From assembly GCA_965153455.1 (NCBI GenBank), contig OZ234493.1:3844001-3908000 (forward strand): DNA of 64,000 nucleotides. The letters run 5' to 3'. The notes below the pieces were generated by a model that was given only the letters and a program-made list of their open reading frames with translations, made no database searches and had not been told where the DNA came from. This stretch comes from Sphagnum compactum (taxonomy: Eukaryota). Within the stretch, counting starts at the first letter, position 1. Every line of letters begins with the position of its first letter. Positions 51,601 to 62,929 of the stretch are shown piece after piece. The position numbers and the translations under genes are program-made.

Positions 51601-53850
51601 GAACAAACACCGTCAGCCATGCAAGTGCAATGTGGGTTGATGGTGCCACAGGGGCCATGCACCATGCATCTTGTAACGACCTCAAAAAGAGTGGGGTGTG
51701 CATCCTTATCAGGCAACTCTGCAGACACCATGCGGTCGTACTCATCGGGCCCTCGTGGTTTGTGATTGGAGTGCAGAATGAGCAGAATGTGTGCATGGGG
51801 CAGGCCTCTCTTCTGCCACTCAATGACATGAATGTTAGCCACCACCTCGCCAAAAATGCCCTTCTTCAAAAGCTCGTCCAGCAAGTGCTGTAATTTCCCA
51901 ACAAAAACGCGTGTGACCAAATCAGGGCGGTCATTGGCAATCTCGCCGAGCTTCAGCGCGCTGACAATCTCTTCCCACTTGGGGTTGCAGGTCATGGTGA
52001 TGAATAAATCAGGCTTGCCATATTGGCGGACAATGACCATGGAATCTTGGTACAACTGAGCCATGTGTCGGTGTCCACCAGTGAATGAGGATGGCAATAC
52101 AATGAGCCTACCTAGGTTGTCGATGTTGGCGTCGTTATTGGTAACAGCATCAGCCAGGCCACCATAAATTGTAGCACGCAAAGGGCCCTGGTTGTTGCGT
52201 ATGTAAAACAGCCGTTGTCAACACCCCACTCTTGATACAAACGTTTGCCATACACAAAGAGGGCGTGCGATGCCGGGTTCCTATCGTGCATGTGATAGCA
52301 AGCCCACTCCCGTGCAGTGATTTTTTTGCGTTGTGCAGGTTGTGCTGGCCTTGCATCTGCTGCAACATGCTCAACATCACCTTCCTCCTCGCTGCCATCA
52401 TCCTGTGCAGGTTGTGCTGGTTCTGCATCTGCTGCAACATGCCCAGCATCACCTTCCTCCTCGCCGCCAGCAGCCCGCCGGCGGACAGGGGCAACAGCAG
52501 CATGGGGCATGCCTGGCTGCCAGCCGGGCTCACCATGAGGATGGAACAGCACAAAGTGCAGCGGATCGTAAGCAGGGTGCAGGTCACTGATCCTCCATAG
52601 CTCGCCGCCGCGTGCACGCACTCTGATGTCCCTGCCTGTAACCGGCTCGTCACCGCCGCCTGTGCAGAAGCAACAACATTTATGTCAATGAATGAGGAAC
52701 ATTGCATCAAGTGAGCGATGGCAACAAACAAACAGCGCAGCAGTACACGTTGCTGAAGAACCTCACCTGGCAGCAGCCCAGCCACTTCGGGGGCGGTAGG
52801 AGCATTGTAGCGGCGCTTGTCAACGTTGCCGTCGACCCTAATGACAACTTCCCATTGAAGCAAGTCGTGTGCGGGCATGTCCATGACTTGTTTGAAACGC
52901 TGCACAAATGTGTTGTGATCATGCAACATCTGCTGTAGCCCCGCCAAAGTTGGCTGATGCAAAGCACCGCCCGTAGCACCCAAAGCTGCAAGGCGTGCTG
53001 TGACTTGTGCATCCATGGAATCAATGATGTACAACTGGGCGAATTGTGGCACATCATGATCGGCGGGCTACAAAGGCCCCAGCAAGTGATGCACAGCCCC
53101 TTTGATGGCAATCATGCTGATCCCTTGTTCCGGGGAATGGATGTGCAGGCCCGTTGAGGCCATCTGCAATGCAGAGTTGTATGCACGAATATTCTGCCTA
53201 AAATCCTTAGTGGCAGGTGGCAAAGGCTGGTGTTCACTGGGCACACTGGTGAGCAAATCTCTGAGTGGCTGAGGTACAGAGGCGGGGAAAGCATTGCTCA
53301 ACCCAGACATCTTGCCACCGCCGCAACACAAAGTGGTGCGCTTTTTCTCGTGCTCAAAGCGAAGTGCATTGCAGTGTGTGCACCTATGTGACATGGCACC
53401 CAATGAGTGTACCACCAACCCCTCCACCTCATCCGCAGTGTGGAGGGCTTGCTTCCCAGCTCGCCGGGCGCGAGCCCCTCGCCTGGCTGCTTGTCGCTGG
53501 TCAGCAGGCTGGGCTACCCTGGCAGCACACCTGGTAGAGCATCCCGTTCCCTGACTGCCTGCTGCTGTACAGCAGGCTGGGCTGCCCTGGCAGCACGCAT
53601 GGCAGAGGCATGTCGTTTCCTCACTACCTGCTGCTGGTCAGCAGGCTGGGCTGCCTTGGCAGCACGCCTGGCAGAGGCATGTCGTTTCCTCACTGCCTGC
53701 TGCTGGTCAGCAGGCTGCGCTGCCTTGGCAGCACGCCTGGCAGTGGCATCCCGTTCCTTGACTGCCTGTTGCTGTTCAGCAGACTGGGCTGCCCTGGCAG
53801 CACGCCTGGCAGAGGCAATCCGTTCCCTGACTGCCTGCTGCTGTTCAGCC
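48616..53850 (-). pseudogene. Helitron Rep/PIF1-helicase gene (disabled, intron-containing)
   Basis: In order: CTHC..CCGGG Zn motif, FRQNIRAYNSAL, FAQLYIID, RRYNAPT, AYDPLHFVL, Rep motifs PDLFITMTCNPKW / IEWQKRGLPHAHIL (HUH) / KYLYKYVYKGHD, then helicase motifs GLGGTGKT, WDEA, FGGDFRQILPV, RRQFPVRPAFAMTINKAQGQTL and HGQLYVAMSR. GT-AG introns at about 52660-52766, 51378-51505 and 50311-50440. Premature TAG at 51350-51352 and 49510-49512; frameshifts near 53060 and 52215. Confidence 0.95.
53480..53850 (-). repeat. 69-bp coding tandem repeat (23-aa units, about 5 copies) at the Rep-helicase N-terminus
   Basis: QQQAVRERIASARRAARAAQSAE / QQQAVKERDATARRAAKAAQPAD / QQQAVRKRHASARRAAKAAQPAD and further copies. 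Confidence 0.9.
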
Positions 53851-54053
53851 CTTTGCATTATACACAAAGTCCGGGAACCGTGACACACTTAAGCCACACC
53901 CATTATGTGGGTTGAAATCTTTTCTCTACATTGCTCTTTTCTCTCATTTTGTGGGATTTATTTTTTCCTTGGGTTGAAATCAATTCTCTACAATGCTCTT
54001 TTCTTTGATTTTGTGGGATTTTTTTTTTGTTATGTAGAAAACAAAAAGAAGAA

Positions 54054-54140
54054 ACTCACTTTTGCGAAACCCTGAGTTCAAGGTAGCTGCGGAAAAGCTG
54101 CAAGGTCCTCTGCGGCAGATCTTTGTCGAGTTTCTGGAGC
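54054..54140 (+). pseudogene. CRD1: Captured fragment of Mg-protoporphyrin IX monomethyl ester cyclase (CHL27/CRD1/AcsF)
   Basis: With one 1-nt deletion it reads THF(V)RNPEFKVAAEKLQGPLRQIFVEFLE, matching the conserved plant CHL27 segment THFVRNxEFKxAADKLQGPLRQIFVEFLERS as recalled. Confidence 0.8.
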
Positions 54141-54365
54141 TAGCTAATCAGCTGAGTGCTTAATACGTATAAGCACAAACTTTTCAATTCCTGGAAGCAG
54201 AATGCACATCCATTTTCAAGTGTTTCTCAGGTGCTAAGTTTTCAAAATACCTGAATCGAATACAGCAAAATTGAACTCCATGAATTTTTCACAGATAATA
54301 TCCATTTTGCAACCTAATTCCAGCACTTGGTGATCAATATAGCAAAGCAGAGATCAACAAAGCAA

Positions 54366-54458
54366 ATTGGCCAACACAATAGCCATCAATGCAGCAGCCT
54401 CCATGACCCATGACAATGGGTTCCACATAAACCCCAGAAACTTAAGGAACTTATTTTC
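54366..54458 (-). pseudogene. AHA: Captured exon fragment of plasma-membrane H+-ATPase (P3A)
   Basis: After a tgtgcag| acceptor it reads [31 protein letters not shown], the conserved AHA TM1 region, cut off before the expected GGG. Confidence 0.9.
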
Positions 54459-54750
54459 CTGCACAACAATGACATAGGTTAACAATAGCCAAGAAGTCAA
54501 CACAGAAGCCTGATCCAGAAAATCATCATCCCAAGACCTGTGCTTTCCCAAACAATCAGAAACAATGACTTAGGATTTAAGATAATGAATCCACTATTTT
54601 GGGGGAAAAAAAGACCAAGGCTGTACATTGTACCTCCATTGTTACAGGAAGAAAAAACCATATTTCTTAGACAAAGAATTCAAGCTTTCTGTCATTCTAG
54701 ATCAAACTATTGAAAAATTAGTTTCTCAATGTGGTGAAATTACAAAGGAA

Positions 54751-55669
54751 ATGTTTGAATCGGCTCTGGGATCAGCCTGGAGCTTTTGGATGATCCCTGT
54801 AGGCTGCTGCCATCTATCTGTATGTATGTTGGTATCTCATATAATGAATTTGTGTTGTAGGTTTATAGGTTCTACTTCTGTAATTTTGACATAAATTCAA
54901 GTTTCAATCCTATATAGTTTGTGATGTGCAGTAAAGGCTTTATTTGTGCACAGACCTTTTCCTCAGTTTGAACAGAGAGGTGGGACCAAATAGGATTGTG
55001 GGTGGCTTGAGGGTTGCAGTTTCTTGACACTCTGTTAGCATGGTAGACATAGTTGTGCTGGGGGAGGGCTGGGTATAGGGCATCTCTCATCAGTAACACA
55101 GAGAGTGGAATAGTAGGGAGGGACTTCTTACTACCAATGCAGGTGTTCTTGGTGCAGGTGTTCAGGGAATCCCACCTCGGCAACCTTTGGGAGGTGTGTC
55201 AGTTACATGACAGGATGTTGCAAGGCAAGCACTATGTTATTTTGTCCTTCAGAGGGTGTGTATGTTTGTTGGACACTTCTCTTGAGTGCTAGCCATCATC
55301 ATCACTTAGTCTTCCTGCTGCTTCTGGAAATGCAACAGAAACTCAGGACACAGATTTTTTGTATCATGGTTTGCCCAATTTTGGGGGCTAATTATTTATA
55401 TACTTATCTATACCCACTGTCAGGAGCTGATGAAGTCAGTGGGTAGTGATGGCAGCTTTTCACTGCTATTCATGGTTGGTGATTGTCTGACACTTTGTGA
55501 GTGGCTCTCATAAGGATATGACTGCACTCCTTTTTGTGTTACCTTCAAATTGTTTTTGTGGAGATCTCTTAGCAATTTTGTAGATATGTTTGAATCGGCT
55601 CTGGGATCAGCCTGGAGCTTTTGGATGATCCCTGTAGGCTGCTGCCATCTATCTGTATGTATGTTGGTA
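54751..55669 (+). repeat. About 83-bp direct duplication inside the Helitron cargo (54751-54835 and 55587-55669)
   Basis: atgtttgaatcggctctgggatcagcctggagcttttggatgatccctgtaggctgctgccatctatctgtatgtatgttggtat is present twice. Confidence 0.9.
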
Positions 55670-58600
55670 TACATCAATCCCTTACATTTTCCTGTCACAT
55701 TTGTTTTGTCAGAGTCACACACACATTACTCGATGTACACATTCAGGTACACCACATGTCAGAGCACAAACATGACAATCAGATGAAGTGGTAGAAGACA
55801 TTGCCAAATGCTGCAGCTCCTCAAAGTCCAAAATGAGATTGGTTTGAACTTTGGTTGGCTACATGGCTGTTCATTGATCAGTAGTCTCCTTGCCATGGAT
55901 TTGGGCATCGGAGAGAAGAAACCCTTTGAAACCTTGAGTGCTAGTGGTCTGTGATATCACTGTCTGCCAGATTGCTTTTGTTTCCTTCTTGTGAATGTAG
56001 AACACTACCGAAACTTGACAGACAACAAAAGACAGTTGGCTCTTCTTACCCTTTCAAACCTGTTACAGTGTTTGATTTCCCTTGTTCATGTTCTATAGTA
56101 TGATGTGTTTTTTCTTTGGATTTTCCAAGATTGCAGGGTGGTCCAGCAAATGTGAAGTTGCATTATGATCCAGACAGTATTGATGGTAAGCATCTTGGCC
56201 TGAATTTCACTGCAAGCTTTAGCTGTGCTGGCAGAATTTTGTGTCATTACTTTCACAGCATTTTATCCATTGCCTGCACATGCTTGAGCTTGCATCTTCA
56301 GGAACGATGCGGCAAGAGGCGACACCTTCGAATATTTCTCATGTGCAAACCTCTTCAGGAACGACGCGGCAAGAGGCGACGCGCCTTTTGGTCCAGTGGG
56401 CATCATTCATCATTGTCTGTGACGAAAAAGAGGTCATTCGTAATTCAGTCTGTGATGAAAATCATCCCCACTACGCCACTCCAGCCACCCCCAAGAAAAG
56501 GAAGGAGGACCCCAAAAAAACGGAAAAAAAAAAAAACACCTCCCTTCACTCCCCCGTCCGGTCCTTTCCCGCCCGTCCCCCCCTGCTGGCCCCCACCTGC
56601 TGCCCCCCCCCACCCCTGTTGGCCCCCCCCCTGCTGCCGCTCAGTAACTTCCTAACTGCCGCTCAGTAAAAAGTAACTTAGGTAAATTAGGTAACTTCGA
56701 AAAGGTAAAAACAGACAGACGGACGCACAGACACCATGTTTGTAATTATATATAAGATTTCATAGTATGTAGGGTTAAGGTTTAGTAGTCACTTCATGAT
56801 TGACATGTGCAAATAGCCACCAGTCGCAAAAACATTTAACAAGTTTGCACCACTAGAGCAATTCACATTTTTGCCTTTGAGTTGTTTGAATTGTGCACTT
56901 TTGCAATGTGAAATTTGAACCAAGGCTTTGCATTATTATCCACATTGATGTTGTATTGGTGTTATCATCTACATACCAATGACCATTTTTTTAATTTTTA
57001 TTTTATTTTGATTTTGATTTTTTCCATGTTTTGTTGAATGCCATTGTGAATGATGAAGGTGAAATAGTTTTCTATGTGTGAACATCTAAAGATTTAACAA
57101 GAATGTGGACGTTCAATATAGCTAGGATTGGGTGGACAATATTTTTATGCATTGTAAGCTGCAACATTGACACATTTTCATATAATCTCCTTGCAATAAA
57201 ACTTGCTAGCACTTTTGTCTTCTTGTGCTCATACTTATTATTTTGATGCAAAAACGACTGCGACGTGCACATGTGAAAATGCCAAAATCGTTATAGCCAA
57301 AATGATCTAAACAGTTCACTACTTTCACCATTCATGTGTGAAAGAAAAAAATCAAGTTTGCCAAAAATATTCTCACTTTTCCATACAAAGAACCACCCGT
57401 CAAAATCAAGAAAAGCCGATGAAAAATGTTAATCATGTTTCTAAATGAAGGGATTTTCTATAAAAAATTGCTTCAACAAGACTTACAATGTAAGATCCTT
57501 GGGTATCCTTGGGAAATTAACCTTTTTCTTCCTTTTTTAACGCACCATATCCTTGATTGTTAGGTCAAGGAGGCATTGTTATTAAGGCATTTCACCCCCA
57601 CTACCAAAAAAGGTAATTTTTTACAAGCTTCAACTTGATTAAAATGTTTTCATTGATAAAGGCGATGTGCACCTTGACTAAAGGCAAGCGGCATAAAAGA
57701 CATGAAATATTTTGTATTAGTGAATTTGACTAAGGTGACATTTTTTACTAGGTGTCAATTTAAACATCTAATAAAAAAGAACAAACAATATAAAAAGGTT
57801 CATCAAGATGGCTAGGGCTTAATCAAATCAACTATATTGATTTTACATTAGCTCGGCCAAGGCTACCTATTTAACATAATTAATTAGCCTACTAGAAAAG
57901 ACCTAGGTACCTATCTATCATAGGTTAAGTTATGTTGTGTTTGTAAAGAATTACCACCACTAAGGTATAAATGTTTTTAATTTATGTGTGGTGATTACTT
58001 AAGGGTAGGTGCACAAATGAGTGGACCACTTTACCACAAATCCAAAGTTCTTTTTTATTCAAAATCCTGACCAAATTTTGAAAATTGCAACTAGTTTACA
58101 TTGATTTCTTTCATATTTTTTTCATGTCATTAATGTTTCATCTAGAGTTTCTCTTTCTTTAAACATGTAAACAAAAGTACCATAAAACATATCTTCTTTC
58201 AATATTGATATGCATTTTTTTTTAAATGTTAATAATTAGCCCATTCAAAAGGTCATAAATATAATCGTAAAATTCAATTAATTTTGTTTTTTGACCCTTA
58301 GCTTTTTTATTGTGATATTTTATTAATTTCAAGTCTCTAACACACACCTCATCAATCAATGGACCATATCATAGTTCACAAAGAAATGGATCAAAAAGTA
58401 TAGTCCATGAGTTTTGAGTTCAAAACTCCATGGCTCTTATGATTTTTTAAATTTTGTAAAATGATTTTGTGCTTCATGTAGATAATCAAATTAAGATCTT
58501 CAAATGAAGTTCATTTTAATAAATTTCAAAATCTATAAAGCAATAAAGTTTGAATTAGAAAAATCACAAATTAACGTTAAAATTTGTTAATGATTGATGT

Positions 58601-61600
58601 TTTTTAAAAACATTTTTAAAAATCATTTGAATATCTATAAAATATATTTATTTTATTGAATAGATCTTTGAATAAAATTCAACATTATATTTTTATTTGC
58701 TTCATTTGAACAAGACTTGAAACCTTTTTAAATGTTTCAATTTTGGGATTCCTAACAATTTCATAATTAAAAAAATAAAACAAAAAGTTGCACATTTATA
58801 TTAACAAAAGGTTGTGTAACCTAATGGCAAATGCATTGACACGCCCCCATAAAGTTCTTGGGTTCAAACATGTATATGATTTTCATATACGGTGGGTGAT
58901 GTGTATAATGCATGTGTACATCATTAACTTATGGTCACAGGTAGGGGCGTAGGTAGATGCCTACTTACCTATTTTTTTTACAACATACAATGTCATGTCA
59001 TTTCAAAGATGTATTATAACGATGACATGTGGCCTAAATCAAACCATAAACAATGATGGTTTAATTCACCAATAGTCAAATTGATAAAAAATTTCATTTG
59101 ACACCCCTTGACCCTTTGGTAAAGAAGACACCAATCAAAATAAACATGTTCAACTTGACTTGTCCATAATAACACTTTGGTCAAGTTAGACAAGGGGGCA
59201 AAAGGGGTATTTTTAATTGATTTTTTCAATTTAAAAAGTAACATTATTTTATAATATTTAAACATTGGATTCCCAAAGCAAAATGCCATGATAATAATGT
59301 AGGCCCCCTATATTAAATGACCTAGCTTTCTTTAAGGTCTCTTAATTTAAACCCAATACTCATATTAAGAACATCAACACAAAGAAGGATGTTAAATGAC
59401 CCATCCTTATTTAAGGGTTCTTTGGTTCGGACTTGATAACATTAACACAAAAGAGTGACCTAACCTCCTTTGGGGTCTTTTCATCCACATCCAAGACTCG
59501 TGCCAAGAACGTTGACATTAAAAGGGTTTCTAAATGAAGCTAAATTACTCCTTTTTTTACTTAACCCCAAAAGAACCTAAAGAAATGAGGGTGTAAAGTA
59601 AATGTGTTAATTCCCACCTTTATAACGGATGAACTCAATTATTTTAAAAACAAGTTTAAATAAAGTTATGAAAATTTTATCTTACATAAATGTCTTGTAA
59701 TTTTTCTATCGGTTATATTTTATTTAATTTTTGATATACTAGTAATTAGTTATAAATGTGTTATGTAATTGACATAAACTTGGGGATATTATGATAGTAG
59801 ATTCATTTGAAATTGACAAAATGAATATCATATTTGAACATTACTTAGTGAATTAACCATTGTGTTCTTTTCTTTCAAAACCCAATGTAATGATATTTTA
59901 ATAATGATTACTTAACTTGAAATGTTCAATATTAGTGATATTATGTATGATAATTAATTACTAATTACAATCTCAAAAATTAATGTCACATGAGCAACAT
60001 TAATTAATTTTAATCTCATTGTCACGCTACTCAATGTCAACGAATTTCTAGCCCAACATCATAAATTGATTTTTTTCCATTCAACCCCTATTTGACCTAA
60101 ATCACCTTAATGTAAAAAATATTCATTAATATCTTTACAAACTGATAGTAATAACACCTTAAGTTTATTCTTTTTACAACCTAATACCAACAATTATTTC
60201 GCACTTCCATTACATGTTAAGTATGATATGACCATGGTTTTTTACTTCAATTTTGTCAAGTAGATGATTGGTGATCATCCACATGAAGAAGTAATCACAT
60301 TTGGATAGAGGTAAAATAGTACAATATTTTTTAAATAAATTATTGCTTAGTTCTAACAATCAATAAAAATTCATTATCTAAATATAATGACATAGCAAAC
60401 CCAGCCTTGGGTGGTGCCACTAGGAATCACATCAAAGAATGGTTAAGGAACTAAAATTGGCCAAGTAATTGTATTATATCCTTGTTGTATGCCCTAATAT
60501 ATGTTATTAAATTTATATTGAAATAAAAAATGAAATTTGCTACAAATTTGTATTCCTAATTGTCATGGGCCTTTCATGAATCACATTACCGAACTATGGA
60601 AATTCACAACTAAATCATACTTACTCAATTAATTACATAATCAAATAATCAAATAAAGTACCTCCAAAAACACCATAGAAATTTATTTCACAAGAAAAAT
60701 CCCCACACATGTTTCAAACATGTGTTTTGTTGAAAAACTTCAAGGAAAGGAAGCAACATCACATTCCTAACTTTTTTTCTAAATGATTACTTCAACATCA
60801 AAATACAAAATCTTCATGATATCATTAAAGTTTCAAAATCTATACAACTTAGCAAATGTATTCAGTATTTTTTAAAATGAAAATCCTTATTTAACGGTTT
60901 CCCATATTTTTTTAAAGTTAGATGAGTCTAGTAAACTAAAAAGGTGACATTTCTAGTGGACCACTCAAGGATGGGTTTGCCAACAAGTGAATTTTTTCTA
61001 TCAAAATATGGTGACCCTAGTTTTTTTTGTTACCATAATGCAAAATTTTGCCCCAAAAAACCATTGGATATGACATAAACTTGATCCATTTATGGTGGTA
61101 AATGACTTAAAATCCATCATAACATTTTTTTTCAAATCAATAATTATCAAAATAAATTTTTCAATTTTTTCCACAAATCTTGGTACAAAATATTCAATTA
61201 ATGATTGTTTAAATCCATTTATCCATTAATTATCATAACTAATAACCAACATCATGTACTCTCATTACACATAAATGCCAATTTCAATAGTAGATTATAT
61301 CAAATTTTGTCCACCGCACTAATTGGTTTTTGGCATATTTACTTTGCCCTTATAATTGGGACAATGCCCAACAAAAGAACCCAACCTATGCAAAAATCCT
61401 TGAACTTAAAATTGCTAAGAACATTTTCAATGAATTAATTGAATTTATGTTAAACAACATAAAATTTCCTTTGTAAAAAAAGACATTTGTTTTTGGTTTG
61501 AATTAGGTTTTTAAAATTTAATTTATCACATTTATGTTCTTGTCCTCTCACATCATTTCATTTAAAAACATTTTCAAAAAAAAAACATTGAATAACACCC

Positions 61601-62929
61601 TTGGATGAGGACATTACCCAAATAAATCTCCATTCAACTATTTGTTTTACGTGGGGCTTTATTTTAGTATTTCCTTCATCCTTGAACACTACCCAATATT
61701 AAAATATTTCTTTCAAAAACATTAATGTAATTAAAGGGCACCTTACCCAAGAATTATTTTTCTTCATTATTTGGGAGAAAAAACAAAATGTCCAATATGG
61801 TAGGCATTTCATTTTTTGAAACACCATGCATTTTTTTTTAAATTTTGTGATAGACTAAAATATCATTACAAATAAATAAATAAATAGAACTAGTTTTTTA
61901 TGCTCAATAAAACTTTCGATCATATGCGTTACTAAAATTAAGCAAGTGCAAAATTTTGCATAACTATTATTCCAATATAATTTGTGGCCTTATGCTTTAC
62001 CCTACACATAAAATCTTTTTTTTAAAATTATTATTTCCAAATTTTTATAAAAAAAAACACTTGACTATGCACTTAGAGTTTAAAATTCTATTTCTTGAAC
62101 AACATTTTTGCAAAAGGAAAATTATGCAAAAGTTCATCAAACCACCACATAGCACTCTAGTAATTGAGTTTTTCCTACAATTCCACAAACTCAAAGTAGG
62201 GTAAGCAAGTTGTCGATTGATCATTTGGTGTATTAGAGGTGAATCACATATTCAATCATTGTTCTTTTGTGTCTAATGTCCAAAGAAAATATGTATATCT
62301 CCTATGGGTACATCCATAGCCTTTTAGATCATTCAAAATGATCAAAATGAGGAAAATATGATCCCGGGTTTTGAATTTGAAAATTTTCTAAATATTGCAC
62401 ATGGCACTATGTGAAACACCTAACTACCTATAATCAAATGGTCAAATGTCCATGATTGGATGTTACTACCCCATTACCAAAATGGATTTTATTCCTTTTA
62501 TCCATTCATGTGACTTCCAATGATTCACATGTCCTCCAATGCTAAAGATCTAAGAGAAAAAAAGGTTTCCTAATCTAAAATCACGGGTATTTTAGGGTTC
62601 ATGAAACCTAAAATTTTGCATGCTAATCATCAACACTGCAAGGACCTTTAAGTCATGGTTCTATTTTTGCATAGCAAGTTGGGTTCACCATTAAATATTC
62701 TCGTGTAAGCTTAAGTGGGTTTTGTTTTTTAGGTGTTTGTCATTTTCTTAATGCTTTGTTTTCTTAAATATGCTCTTGTAAGTAGCTTTGGTGTTCCTCT
62801 TCCTAATTTTCATCATTTTGTGTTTGTGTTCGATTTGGTGTTCTTCTTCATGGTCCTCATCACCTTGTTGTTATGTTCAACATGGCACTCCTTCATTGTA
62901 CTTATACATGTTTCAAATGTGTTTTAGAT

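Larger units (their letters stand above)
48540..56757 (-). mobile_element. Full-length composite Helitron (8.2 kb)
   Basis: On the - strand, the 5' end is A|TCTTATATATAATTAC..GTCTGTGCGTCCGTCTGTCTG (56757). The 3' end is a GTGGC-GTA-GCCAC hairpin + GGGTTACCCA + CTAG|T (48540). A/T target, no TSD. Contains a Rep-helicase gene. Confidence 0.92.

Noticed and set aside
48616-53850. Active autonomous Helitron or a host PIF1 helicase gene
   Set aside because: Two in-frame TAGs and frameshifts disable it; fusion to HUH Rep and the TC/CTAG termini identify it as a transposon.
53407-53915. Cys-rich repeat ORFs on the + strand (LTACCWSAGWAALAARLAEA)
   Set aside because: They are the antisense reading of the 69-bp coding repeat of the Helitron protein.
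56116-56669. 179-aa and 142-aa ORFs with Lys/Pro-rich tails
   Set aside because: They are produced by A- and C-homopolymer tracts near the Helitron 5' end and cross cargo junctions; not credible proteins.
56800-62900. Short ORFs in the AT-rich distal region
   Set aside because: Low-complexity, no motifs or splice-consistent structure; probably decayed repeats that I cannot classify.
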